Shown piece by piece: positions 37,646-46,698 of a stretch of 64,000 bases of DNA. The translations under genes and the position numbers were made by a program. Under the pieces are notes generated by a model. The model worked only from the letters and a program-made list of their open reading frames with translations, was not told the origin of the DNA and did no database searches. The stretch's first letter is position 1; every line of letters starts with the position of its first letter. The stretch comes from a virus. The stretch is from the IMG/VR virus record IMGVR_UViG_3300036391_000001, positions 7,563 through 71,562 of that record. One strand, given 5' to 3'.

Positions 37646-39097
37646 ATGAGAGACTTATTTTCCTGGAGACTTCGTCTATCTGAAGCTGAGGTTTCAAAGC
37701 TGTGGGAGAGCGCCATTTTTGTCTTTGATACAAACTTTCTCCTAGATTTATATCGGTTATCGCGCAAAACTACTAACGATCTTTTAACGATATTAGAGCG
37801 TATTCAAGACAGAATTTGGATACCTTATCAAGTGGCTGACGAGTTCTTTAGAAATCGAGAAGCCACTATTGACTCAGAAGCAAGGTCTTTTGAAAAAGCA
37901 TTATCAGAACTGGAAAGCTGGAAACTTCAACAACAAAAATTTGGTAATCTTAGAGACAAACTCAGCAGCGCAGGAAGGACAATAGCTGCTGAATTAGTGT
38001 ACTTCCTGAATGGACAAGAGAATTATCTTGACGAGCAAAAGCGTTATCTTGATGCAGTTGATGAGTTAGTAGAAGCCTCTCGAGAAAAAATTAAACAGAT
38101 TGAGAGCGCTCATTTTCCGCTCAATGCAGATGAAGATCTTATTTTAGATAAGATCCTCTTGCTATTTGACTCGAAAGTAGGAAAAGCCTTTGATGACAAG
38201 GCTTTACAATCCTTATACAAGGAAGCCGACGAAAGATACGACCAATTAATACCTCCTGGCTATTGCGATGTCACAGACAAGAAGGGTAATGAAAAATACG
38301 GGGACTTTATTCTTTGGAAGGAATTACTAAACTTTGCAAAACAGGAATCCCGGCCAATTATTCTTGTGACCAGTGAAAAGAAAGAAGACTGGTGGATTAA
38401 ACAACAAGATGGAAAAATTAAATCTCCACGTTTAGAATTGCGTCGCGAGTTCCAAGAATATGTGAACCAGCCATTTTGGATGTATCGAACTGGGCATTTT
38501 CTTAAAGAGGCTAAGGAGAAGCTTGAGATTGAGATTGATCCAAAATCGATCGAAGAAACGGATGCAATTGCCGATATTGAGTTAGTTGACGAAAAAAGGC
38601 GTGACACTTTAAGGCAAGTAGCTGAGCATATAGTGTTAAAGCAGCTAGGAGGCCCTAGTGCTGCCATTGAACAGATACTTGAGAGAACAAGGTTGCCGAA
38701 CGCTGAAATGTTAGAGCAGCTAGGAGGCGCTAGTGCTGCCATCGAACGGATGCTTGAGAGAACAAGGTTGCCGAACGCTGAAATGTTAGAGCAGCTAGGA
38801 GGCACTAGTGCTGCCATCGAACGGATGCTTGAGAGAACAAGGTTGCCGAACGCTGAAATGTTAGAGCAGCTAGGAGGCGCTAGTGCTGCCATCGAACGGA
38901 TGCTTGAGAGAACAAGGTTGCCGAACGCTGAAATGTTAGAGCAGCTAGGAGGCACTAGTGCTGCCATTGAACGGATACTTGAGAGAACAAGGTTGCCAAA
39001 CGCTGAAATGTTAGAGCAGCTAGAGTTGTCTCATAAACCTCAAGTGAGAAGCGAAAAACCGAAACCTGAACAGGAAGATCCTTCTCTTGATAGCTAA
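37646..39097 (+). CDS. PIN-like domain protein (DUF4935-type) with C-terminal 25-aa tandem repeats
   Basis: FVFDTNFLLDLY, IPPGY.D, GDFILW, SEKKEDWW motifs. Confidence 0.82.
   Translation: MRDLFSWRLRLSEAEVSKLWESAIFVFDTNFLLDLYRLSRKTTNDLLTILERIQDRIWIPYQVADEFFRNREATIDSEARSFEKALSELESWKLQQQKFGNLRDKLSSAGRTIAAELVYFLNGQENYLDEQKRYLDAVDELVEASREKIKQIESAHFPLNADEDLILDKILLLFDSKVGKAFDDKALQSLYKEADERYDQLIPPGYCDVTDKKGNEKYGDFILWKELLNFAKQESRPIILVTSEKKEDWWIKQQDGKIKSPRLELRREFQEYVNQPFWMYRTGHFLKEAKEKLEIEIDPKSIEETDAIADIELVDEKRRDTLRQVAEHIVLKQLGGPSAAIEQILERTRLPNAEMLEQLGGASAAIERMLERTRLPNAEMLEQLGGTSAAIERMLERTRLPNAEMLEQLGGASAAIERMLERTRLPNAEMLEQLGGTSAAIERILERTRLPNAEMLEQLELSHKPQVRSEKPKPEQEDPSLDS
38641..39023 (+). repeat. 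In-frame 75-bp tandem repeat, 5 copies plus a partial copy
   Basis: Units start at 38641, 38716, 38791, 38866, 38941 (QLGGxSAAIERxLERTRLPNAEMLE). Confidence 0.97.
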
Positions 39098-39443
39098 CAA
39101 GCCTTGATGCATTAGAAAAGAATTTCTGTTAGCTACCCCACCACGTTCCGAAGAGTGGGGATGAGGACGACCCTTAATTGAAGCCTTACCAAGGGTGGGA
39201 GGTTTGAGAGAACTCACCTAGCTGGACACTTCTAATTAGTAAGAAGCGTTTTGATGGTTCTTGCCTACATCAGGGCTAGGCGGAATTTTGGGGCGGCAAT
39301 TGCCGAGAACCGCAAAGCACCTAACGGTGCAGATCTGATAATTGCCAACTCATCTGAAGCAATTTTGAATCGAGGTCAACAGGCGGCTCTGGCAGCAGCT
39401 TTAAGTAGCCGAGGGAGCGGCTGCAATAAGCGCCATCGTTTCA

Positions 39444-39812
39444 CGGCGATCGTCCTTTTGAGTATTTGCATACGATGAGAATAAGACGATCGGGTTGCAT
39501 CCACACATCATGTTTGACACATGACCAACTGCGATCGACTCTAGCCCTGGTACTGAATGATGAAAAGAGCAATCGCCCTACTAGAGAGCGATCGCGGTTG
39601 GTCACAGGATTCTAGAAGGGCAAGGGTCTAGCGGCTGCTACGAGTGCCATCATCTCGCGTCTATCCCAGTACCAGTTCCACAGGCTTTCACGGGTGCCCA
39701 CGAGGGTTTTACCGGGCATTGCCATCTCGTAGAAGCGAGGGTTGCACGGGTTCTGGGTGATGATGCCGCCGACGCGAGCGTAGATGGTGCGCAGCTCTTC
39801 CAGAGTAGGGAG
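39444..39812 (-). repeat. Repeat A, left copy (inverted relative to 50038-50404)
   Basis: About 370 bp alignable by eye, covering the 3' part of the 39612 gene and its downstream region. Confidence 0.9.
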
Positions 39813-40013
39813 GAAGGCATCACGATCGATGATGCGGCGGTACTTGTTCAGAAGCGAGTCTTCAGGGGCGATCGCGTCTGCCTGCTGCTCGATGTGGGCA
39901 TTGAATTCAGCTTGGGCGATCGTTTGAGTGTCGAGGGTGCGACCGGAGCCGCGATCGACTGGGGTTAAATCCGCAGAGGTTGGGGATTTGCGATCGAGAG
40001 TTTGGTTTAACAT
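39612..40013 (-). CDS. Hypothetical protein (intact copy of gene A)
   Basis: ORF; its C-terminal half recurs as a pseudogene at 50036. Confidence 0.65.
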   Translation of the reverse strand: MLNQTLDRKSPTSADLTPVDRGSGRTLDTQTIAQAEFNAHIEQQADAIAPEDSLLNKYRRIIDRDAFLPTLEELRTIYARVGGIITQNPCNPRFYEMAMPGKTLVGTRESLWNWYWDRREMMALVAAARPLPF

Positions 40014-40093
40014 GGGCGTAATCCTGTAAAGGGTTGATTTAGAAGGGGCGGCGAACTTTCCACGGTGTGCCGCCCTCTCTATTAACAGTATAC

Positions 40094-40151
40094 TCAAATC
40101 AATTTGATGTAGCAATATTTAATTTGATATTTTACAAATTAATTTGATGTA
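40094..40151. promoter_or_regulatory. Operator repeats AATTTGAT(G/A)T at 20-bp period
   Basis: Copies at 40101, 40121, 40141; partial CAAAT/ATTTG dyads. Confidence 0.7.
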
Positions 40152-40185
40152 ATATAGGGAGTAGAATTCAAATAGAGGTAGCCTA

Positions 40186-40443
40186 ATGGTGATGAGATTG
40201 GTAACTCCATTGAAGGTAAGCTTTGGACAGTGGCTCAAATTAATGCGCGATCGGCTCGATCTCCCTCAAGCCAAGATTGCTGACGCGCTCAGCGTTAAGG
40301 CTCAGACCGTTTCCAATTGGGAAAATGGGAAGTCAATCCCTAGCTTGACTCCAGAGCAAACTAGAGAACTTTGCGACCTGCTTCAGGTCAATCTGAATAC
40401 TTTGGCAAAGGCTTATAGAGGAGAGGTTGAGATCAATGATTGA
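40186..40443 (+). CDS. XRE-family HTH regulator (left module)
   Basis: LPQAKIADALSV..QTVSNWENG..P. Confidence 0.9.
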   Translation: MVMRLVTPLKVSFGQWLKLMRDRLDLPQAKIADALSVKAQTVSNWENGKSIPSLTPEQTRELCDLLQVNLNTLAKAYRGEVEIND

Positions 40444-40485
40444 TCTTCAGCTTTCTAACTGTGGTTTTTTAGTTTAGGAGTAGAC

Positions 40486-41127
40486 ATGAAAGTATTGCGT
40501 GAGCTGAAGCTGATTGGCAGTCCTGGCGAACAAGAAAAACTGATAGATGCAATTGAGCAGCACCTTTCCAACGGGTGGGTTAGAGACAGGGAGAAGGAGG
40601 CTAAACTCAAGTCTTTAACTGCATATAAATACATAATTTTTACTTGTTCGGAAACGGTGACTAGACCCGCAGTGGAACTAAGCCTCACGTCGGACGAAAA
40701 TAACTATTTGTACTTATGCACCATTACTCCTAGAGACATTGGAGACTTAAGCAAAGATGCTTATAACGCCATCCTGGAAGAGTTTCTAACTCAGTTTATT
40801 GAACCCGCAACACAAGCTCTGGACATTCAGGTCATTACAACGCCTGAAGACCGCAGTTTTGAAACTTCCATGAGCCATGAAATGTCTCAATTATTGAGAC
40901 ATTTTTCTAGTGCAGCCAACAAGTCATCCAGCGCAGGACATCCATCAGACGAAAAAAGGTTCTTTGGCTTTATCATCCAGGCTCATAGCGAGGGAGCACT
41001 ATTAGACGAGGCTGAGCTAAGAGGCTTACTTGTTGAGGACGGATGGCCTGAAGTAAATGCCCAGAATCTTTCGTCCAAGTATCGCTTTGGACGGGATTTA
41101 CTCAATCAAGCTGCAAGAAAGGAGTGA
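40486..41127 (+). CDS. Hypothetical moron protein
   Basis: AGGAG RBS; no HIP1 seen; ANKSS..GHP.D..RF motif. Confidence 0.7.
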   Translation: MKVLRELKLIGSPGEQEKLIDAIEQHLSNGWVRDREKEAKLKSLTAYKYIIFTCSETVTRPAVELSLTSDENNYLYLCTITPRDIGDLSKDAYNAILEEFLTQFIEPATQALDIQVITTPEDRSFETSMSHEMSQLLRHFSSAANKSSSAGHPSDEKRFFGFIIQAHSEGALLDEAELRGLLVEDGWPEVNAQNLSSKYRFGRDLLNQAARKE

Positions 41128-41134
41128 AATTACA

Positions 41135-41488
41135 GTGAGTGAGCTAGATGACATTAAAGCAATCCTGCGACAGGTAGCAGAGAATCAGGCTACCCAGCAG
41201 CGGCAGCAGCGCACCCAGCAGCAGATAGAGCAGCTTGCCGCTTAAGTACAGGGAACGATTCAGGAAACCGCTTCAGACGTTGTATCCATGATCGGCTCCC
41301 TAGCGCATGACATGGATGCCCTATCTTCCAACGTGAACGCTTATATCGCGCAATCCACAGCATTCCTAGCGGCTGAGCAGCGCGATCGCTCAGAGTTCCG
41401 GCAGCAGATGGTAGGTCTGCAAACCGAGACGCGCAATATCTTGAGGGAGCTGGCAGATTTAAGGCGATCGCAGGGTACAGATAATTAA
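41135..41488 (+). pseudogene. Coiled-coil gene split by TAA at 41243
   Basis: Track ORFs 41057-41245 and 41288-41488 share a frame; Gln-rich context suggests CAA>TAA. Confidence 0.6.
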
Positions 41489-41672
41489 CGAGTTACAGCC
41501 GCACAGAACAGTAGTCTGAGCCGCTGGAAACTATGCGAAGAGACGGTTTTACAGGCGCACAAGTTGATGTGCTTGCGATCGCAGGTGACTTGGACAGACG
41601 GAGCAGTAGCAAGCTATCGGGATTTTTGGGCTAATCTTCCCAATAAATAACCGAGTTGGGAGAAAGTATTAA
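41467..41672 (+). repeat. Repeat B, left copy (inverted relative to 49277-49483)
   Basis: About 205 bp with long identical runs, e.g. TTTTACAGGCGCACAAGTTGATGTGCTTGCGATCGCAGGTGACTT. Confidence 0.92.
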
Positions 41673-41802
41673 CAAGTTACAACCGTGCAAAAAGGCAGTC
41701 TGAACCACTGGAAGCTATGCAAGGACGCGGTTTCACAACCGAGCAGAACGCTGCACATCACAACAAACCCCGCGATCCTGAATGCGATCGCGGGGTTTGT
41801 TT

Positions 41803-42087
41803 TTAAATATCGTCTGGAGCCTTGCCCTGCTTCAATCGACTAATCGACAGTTTTAGTTTCTCGTTAACTAGCTGCTTGTTTTCGTATTCAACCTCTACGG
41901 ACTCTTCCTGGAGAAGCCCAGGCAAGCCCCGTTCCACCGCCATGCGGATCATTGTGGCGCGATCAACATTTCGACGCTCTGCAATCTCTTCCAGCCTTCT
42001 CAAAGCAGGCTTGGGCAGGCGGAGCGAGATTTGCTCCATGTTGTCATCTTTTGGCGGCATGGTCACAGGGTCTTGTTTTGGATTCAT
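41803..42087 (-). CDS. CopG/RHH-family regulator
   Basis: EQISLRLPKPALRRLEEIAERRNVDRATMIR. Confidence 0.8.
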   Translation of the reverse strand: MNPKQDPVTMPPKDDNMEQISLRLPKPALRRLEEIAERRNVDRATMIRMAVERGLPGLLQEESVEVEYENKQLVNEKLKLSISRLKQGKAPDDI

Positions 42088-42247
42088 TTTACTCGCCTCT
42101 CTTGTCACAAAATTCAGATAAATCTCATTAAAGCAATTTTTGAATCCCACTTGAACCTCACTTGGGATTTATGTGCTATTTTTTGTTTAGTTGCTCCACC
42201 GGACTCAAACCGGAATCCGGAGCGGAATCTGTTTTCAGTCCGGCACC

Positions 42248-42493
42248 ATGCAGACCGAAATTGTCCAAGACGACTGGAGTAGCGAGGATTTGCGGCGCGA
42301 GCTGCTGATCTGGGCAAACATCGAACTGAAGCGATCGCAGTTCTATCTATGGCTGAAGCACGCCTATATCAAGCCGCAACAGCCAAACGTTTACACGGAT
42401 AGCGATCGAGCTAAGTTGCTAAGATTTGCCCACCTGATGCAACGCTATCGCAGCCTCAAGCTTGCCAGCAAAAAACTCTACGAATCCTTATAG
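42248..42493 (+). CDS. Small DNA-binding (MerR/Xis-like) protein
   Basis: Short helical ORF, VYTDSD..KL pattern. Confidence 0.45.
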   Translation: MQTEIVQDDWSSEDLRRELLIWANIELKRSQFYLWLKHAYIKPQQPNVYTDSDRAKLLRFAHLMQRYRSLKLASKKLYESL

Positions 42494-42502
42494 GAGCCAA
42501 AG

Positions 42503-42970
42503 ATGCCTACAGAACAAGAACAGCAAATGTTTGAGCAATTGCACGGAAAGCGACCCGAACTCAAACGCCCCACCCACCCGACCACAGCCCGATCGCCCCA
42601 CCAATCCAAGCCCAGCGACAGCGCCCAGGTCAATCAAGTGCGCCAGCAATCCCAAAGCGCGATCGGACTTGCCAGCCAGGGCATCATTGGCAGCTCCGGC
42701 GAATCTTTGCAAAAGCTAGATCAGCAGCTATCCCGCTTTGAAGATCGCTACGTCACCACCGTGCAGCAGCGCATTGCTGAAGTTCCTGCCCGAATTGAGG
42801 CAAAACTAGCCGCCGCATTGACTTGGGGGCAAGAAGGGATTGACCCGCTAGATGCGCTGTTCGCTGAGCTGGAGGCCTGGGATGTTGCTGAAGTCAGCAG
42901 CATTGACCAGTTCTTGTTTGGAGAGAAGGCGCTCGCGTCCCTGCCCACCTCACAGCAGCTTTCGGAATAG
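42503..42970 (+). CDS. Coiled-coil hypothetical protein
   Basis: AGGAG RBS, Gln-rich. Confidence 0.6.
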   Translation: MPTEQEQQMFEQLHGKRPELKRPTHPTTARSPHQSKPSDSAQVNQVRQQSQSAIGLASQGIIGSSGESLQKLDQQLSRFEDRYVTTVQQRIAEVPARIEAKLAAALTWGQEGIDPLDALFAELEAWDVAEVSSIDQFLFGEKALASLPTSQQLSE

Positions 42971-43050
42971 TCCACAAATTAGAGCCAGTCCCGACTTTGC
43001 ACGGCTGGGGCTGGCTGTTTATCCACTAATACCACTCAGAGGATTTTTCA

Positions 43051-43545
43051 ATGCTAAGCGAAAGCGATCGCGCCCATCCAGACACCAAGCCCAGGCCCCG
43101 TATGGATTTTGGGGCAGTCTTCGACGACGAAAACGATCGCTCTGACACGAGACAAGCAGCCCCACATGATTCATGGGCGATCTTGATTGGGCTGGAGGCT
43201 CTAACAGCAGAGCAACAGAAGGATATAGGGTTTTTGTTTGAGGAGATTAAGCGAGTCTCTGTCTTGGAATTAAAGGTTGAGCGCTTGGATAGCACGGTCA
43301 AGACACTCGAAGACATTCTGGACAATAGCGACAAAAAAGCAATTCGGATAACGACCCGCCGCTATCAGGTCAGCGAGTTCATGCGGTTCATCGGCATGAC
43401 AGCTCTAGGTTTTACTGCGGTTCTGTTCGTCGGCTCTACTCTGTCCGGCGATCGCCTTCAGAAGGATGAATATGCCCAGACTGCCGTACTCGCTGGACTG
43501 ACAGCAGTTACAGCAATGTCGATCGGCTTCAACTTGCAGGATTGA
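43051..43545 (+). CDS. Membrane protein (coiled coil plus two C-terminal hydrophobic helices)
   Basis: FIGMTALGFTAVLFVG and AVLAGLTAVTAMSIG. Confidence 0.65.
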   Translation: MLSESDRAHPDTKPRPRMDFGAVFDDENDRSDTRQAAPHDSWAILIGLEALTAEQQKDIGFLFEEIKRVSVLELKVERLDSTVKTLEDILDNSDKKAIRITTRRYQVSEFMRFIGMTALGFTAVLFVGSTLSGDRLQKDEYAQTAVLAGLTAVTAMSIGFNLQD

Positions 43546-43642
43546 GCCAGTCATCTCATCCTCCAAAATAAAGCAGGGCTGAGCAACGCCCAACCCCGCC
43601 AATACATTCGTGCCCACATTCTAACTGTTTGGAGGATGCCCG

Positions 43643-43996
43643 ATGCTACGACTCATCACGATCGCCGCCGCTGCCCTGGGCGCTGCCATTGCTGGAAGCA
43701 ACTTCTTTACCGATTTCACCAATCACAAGAACTGGCGTAGCTTCGGGCAGTACGAAGTGATCACCCAATACGATGCAGGATTCTATTCAGCCTGTGGAGC
43801 GCTTTTAGGAGGAGCGATCGGACTCAGCGTTGAATTGGCGCTAACCCGCTACTTGATTTACCGCAATAGCGACAGACTTCGCCGCGAACTGCTTCAGATG
43901 CGAGATTTACCCGGAGTCACGCCTGAGCAACAGCAAGCGATCGACCTCACCCTTGCAGGGATTGCAGAAAACAAAGCCAGAGCCATAAGAACATGA
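43643..43996 (+). CDS. Membrane protein (two hydrophobic helices)
   Basis: LITIAAAALGAAIAG and GALLGGAIGLSVELAL. Confidence 0.7.
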   Translation: MLRLITIAAAALGAAIAGSNFFTDFTNHKNWRSFGQYEVITQYDAGFYSACGALLGGAIGLSVELALTRYLIYRNSDRLRRELLQMRDLPGVTPEQQQAIDLTLAGIAENKARAIRT

Positions 43997-44637
43997 ACCT
44001 CAAAGCGGTCATCTTGCTCCCGTTGGTGGCAGCGGCGGGCATCACGATTTTTGCCACCAGCCTCAGACCTCAGATTCCTAACCTCAATATCGCCGTTCCC
44101 GGTGCAGCCGTAGCCTCTGCACCCCAACCGGAAGGGCAGCTTGCCAGTCCTGTGCTCACCAAAGGCGAAGACAAATCACGGGTTGCTGTGGCGCGGGATG
44201 CTTACCTTGACAAGGCGATCGACACCATTGATAGCCAGCTTGCAAACATTGTCTGCACCCGCAAAAACCTCTACCTGAGCCAAGCTCAAGAGTGGAGCCG
44301 TCAAACCGGAGGCAGTACCGAAAAGTGGCTACTCGATCGTCTGGATGTCCTTAAGAGCGATCGGGCTAAGAATCCTAATGCTTTCACCGGGCTGGATGGC
44401 AGTACCGACCAATTCACTTACAGCAAGGATTTCAGCCTAGATGCCTTAGCGCTGATGACCGCTCTGCAAGAGCAGTATCGCGGTGAGGTCAACAGGGGCT
44501 GCGTGACCAACTTTGCCACCAGCTTTCAGGAGCTAGACAAGTTTCAACGCGAAGCCCAGACCTATCGGGCATTGCTTGAACAACGCCAGCAGCAGTTCAC
44601 AGAAGCGTCAGGAGAGGGTAATGGTAGCAATCAATAG
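43993..44637 (+). CDS. Exported/membrane-anchored protein
   Basis: N-terminal signal-like segment AVILLPLVAAAGITIFA. Confidence 0.65.
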   Translation: MNLKAVILLPLVAAAGITIFATSLRPQIPNLNIAVPGAAVASAPQPEGQLASPVLTKGEDKSRVAVARDAYLDKAIDTIDSQLANIVCTRKNLYLSQAQEWSRQTGGSTEKWLLDRLDVLKSDRAKNPNAFTGLDGSTDQFTYSKDFSLDALALMTALQEQYRGEVNRGCVTNFATSFQELDKFQREAQTYRALLEQRQQQFTEASGEGNGSNQ

Positions 44638-46015
44638 CGACCGACAATCCAAAGGGCGCAACGCCATGACCTCTATGTTTGGTGCTGCTTTGAGTCTGTG
44701 GTTTCTCAACGCTGCCTACACCAGCCCAGCCGCCTTCATCATGAGAGCGTTTCTGTTCTTGTCTGGCTCTGCGGTGCTAAGCGCCTCAGTGCATCGGACA
44801 GTGAGGCACAGGCTTGGCCCTCAAGATTTCTGGGATGGCATTACCGAAGTGTTGGCAGATGATGTTGCAGCTACCGGAACGCTGCTATTGAAGTCAGCCG
44901 ATCGCGCTACTGCACCACTTGACCGGATTGTGTACGATCGCCTCCCAGCGTCAATTCAGCGCAGTTTGCCTCCCGCGTCGGTAGGTGATACCGCCTGGTT
45001 TGAGCAGGTTGCTTTCTGGCGCGACTCTAAGTTCATTTTTGGGCGCAAGGGCACAGGTAAATCGGTGCTGATGGGCTATGAGTCGTGGGTCATCAAGTCT
45101 ACAGATCCAGAGGCAATGCTGTTTGTTCTAGATCCTCACCTGGATGCTGAAAGTTTGTGGTTTGGCGGAAACTCTGAACTGATTAAAGCCCATTGCTACA
45201 AGTCCATTCAAGACTTTGCCCGCATCTTTGACCTGGTTGCCTCTGAGCTGGATGACCGCAAGACTCAAGGCGATCGCCGCCGCCCATTATGCAAAATTAT
45301 TGCGGATGAGTGGGAGTCCATTATCAATGGCTTTGCCAGCTTACCCGCCCGGTTTCCAGAGGGTGACGATCGCCATGATGAAGCCGTAAAGCTATCGGTC
45401 TATGCCGAAAAGATTCCAGCGATCGCCGCGTTCATTCAGGATGAAGGGCAAAAGTTTCAGGTGGAATGCACGATCGGCGCTCATGGAGGCAAAACCAAAC
45501 GATCGGGTATTGACTCAGACATCCTGCTTCAGATGCACTGGATCGCCTGTGATGACGCGCTGACTATGCCCAATACGCCTTTGCTGCAAGTGGTCAAAGG
45601 CGAGGCGCAAAAGCTAGAAGCCAATCGCCGTCGTCTGCTGCCTTACGCGGGTGAGCATCAGAAGTTTGCAGGAACCGCTATTCTGCGGTGCGTCAAGTCC
45701 AGAAGCAAAACAGAGCCTTGCCTAAAAGCGGTTGGGCTGCCCTGGATTGACTTTGAAGGCGCTGAGGTGATGGCGATCGCGCCTGAGCCAGTAGACGCTC
45801 ATGTGGCAGACGCTCCTCAGTCAGAAGAAGAGGCTTGGCTGCAAGAAAATCGGGCGAAGCTAGTCGAGGTTTATCGGTCTGGCACGACCTCTCTTCGCAA
45901 ACTTTGCGAGACATTTGATGTCGCCAGAGACAGTCGAAAGGGCAGATTGATTGCTGACTTTCTTCAGCAGATGAGAGCGATCGATGATGCCGAGCTTGAG
46001 CCAGATGCCGCATAG
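44621..46015 (+). CDS. Membrane-anchored FtsK/HerA-superfamily P-loop ATPase with C-terminal HTH-like domain
   Basis: Two N-terminal hydrophobic helices; GRKGTGKS Walker A; VLDPH; IIADE Walker B; C-terminal SLRKLCETFDV helix-turn-helix-like segment. Confidence 0.75.
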   Translation: MVAINSDRQSKGRNAMTSMFGAALSLWFLNAAYTSPAAFIMRAFLFLSGSAVLSASVHRTVRHRLGPQDFWDGITEVLADDVAATGTLLLKSADRATAPLDRIVYDRLPASIQRSLPPASVGDTAWFEQVAFWRDSKFIFGRKGTGKSVLMGYESWVIKSTDPEAMLFVLDPHLDAESLWFGGNSELIKAHCYKSIQDFARIFDLVASELDDRKTQGDRRRPLCKIIADEWESIINGFASLPARFPEGDDRHDEAVKLSVYAEKIPAIAAFIQDEGQKFQVECTIGAHGGKTKRSGIDSDILLQMHWIACDDALTMPNTPLLQVVKGEAQKLEANRRRLLPYAGEHQKFAGTAILRCVKSRSKTEPCLKAVGLPWIDFEGAEVMAIAPEPVDAHVADAPQSEEEAWLQENRAKLVEVYRSGTTSLRKLCETFDVARDSRKGRLIADFLQQMRAIDDAELEPDAA

Positions 46016-46040
46016 GCAAAAACGGCACTTTTAGCGCTTC

Positions 46041-46168
46041 CACCACCACCACCACCAGCGCGACCACGAAAAATCAGTACTTTCAGCCCTCAAAGTGGTC
46101 GCGTGGTCGCGCTGGTGGAAGCGCATTTCGACCACAAAACGCGACCACGACCACCCCAACGCGACCAC
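46041..46168. repeat. Cluster of (CG)CGACCAC / GTGGTCGCG repeats with a perfect 17-bp inverted repeat
   Basis: CCACCAGCGCGACCACG 46052-46068 / CGTGGTCGCGCTGGTGG 46102-46118; further copies at 46095, 46129, 46140, 46148, 46160. Confidence 0.9.
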
Positions 46169-46190
46169 TTTCTACCGGAGTTTTAAAACC

Positions 46191-46445
46191 ATGACAGACC
46201 TAATTGGTAAAGTTTGCCTTGTACTCGTGACCATAGGACTGCTCTCTACAGGCATCACCCGATGCTCGATCGATTTGGAGAATGGAGCCAAATTTATGCG
46301 AGGTGTTGGTGGCTCCATGCTGGGCACAAGTAACCCAGAAATCGGCGGGAACTGTGAGGACGGCGTTTGTGTTGAAAGCGGTCGTCCGACTCAGAGCTTC
46401 GATCGCCCTAGGCAGCCTACTCAATTCAATCAACCCAGCCGCTAG
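46191..46445 (+). CDS. Small membrane/exported protein
   Basis: GGAG RBS, N-terminal hydrophobic helix. Confidence 0.6.
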   Translation: MTDLIGKVCLVLVTIGLLSTGITRCSIDLENGAKFMRGVGGSMLGTSNPEIGGNCEDGVCVESGRPTQSFDRPRQPTQFNQPSR

Positions 46446-46458
46446 GAGTAAACCAGCA

Positions 46459-46698
46459 ATGCAAGCGATCGAATTTCTTCAAGGATTTGGATGGATTTGC
46501 GTTGCTGCCTACTGCCTCAATGGACTGGGATTAGTGCCTACGTCCTGGATTAATGCAGCTCAGTCCAGGGCGGGTATCCCGGTTGAAGCAGTGAGCAGCC
46601 CTAGCCCGTCATCTAGCCCAGTCCCATCGGCAACACCCAGCCCAACCACGACACCGCAGGAGTCATCAGGTGACAAGCAGTTCAGCACCCAGCAATAG
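46459..46698 (+). CDS. Small membrane protein with Ser/Pro/Thr-rich tail
   Basis: AGGAG upstream; hydrophobic N-terminus; SPSPSSSPVPSATPSPT. Confidence 0.6.
   Translation: MQAIEFLQGFGWICVAAYCLNGLGLVPTSWINAAQSRAGIPVEAVSSPSPSSSPVPSATPSPTTTPQESSGDKQFSTQQ

Noticed and set aside
38260-38967. 235-aa antisense ORF
   Set aside because: Shadow of the PIN gene repeat; no RBS or independent features
38641-39023. Possible CRISPR array
   Set aside because: Units are contiguous, in frame and near-identical with no unique spacers, and no cas genes are present
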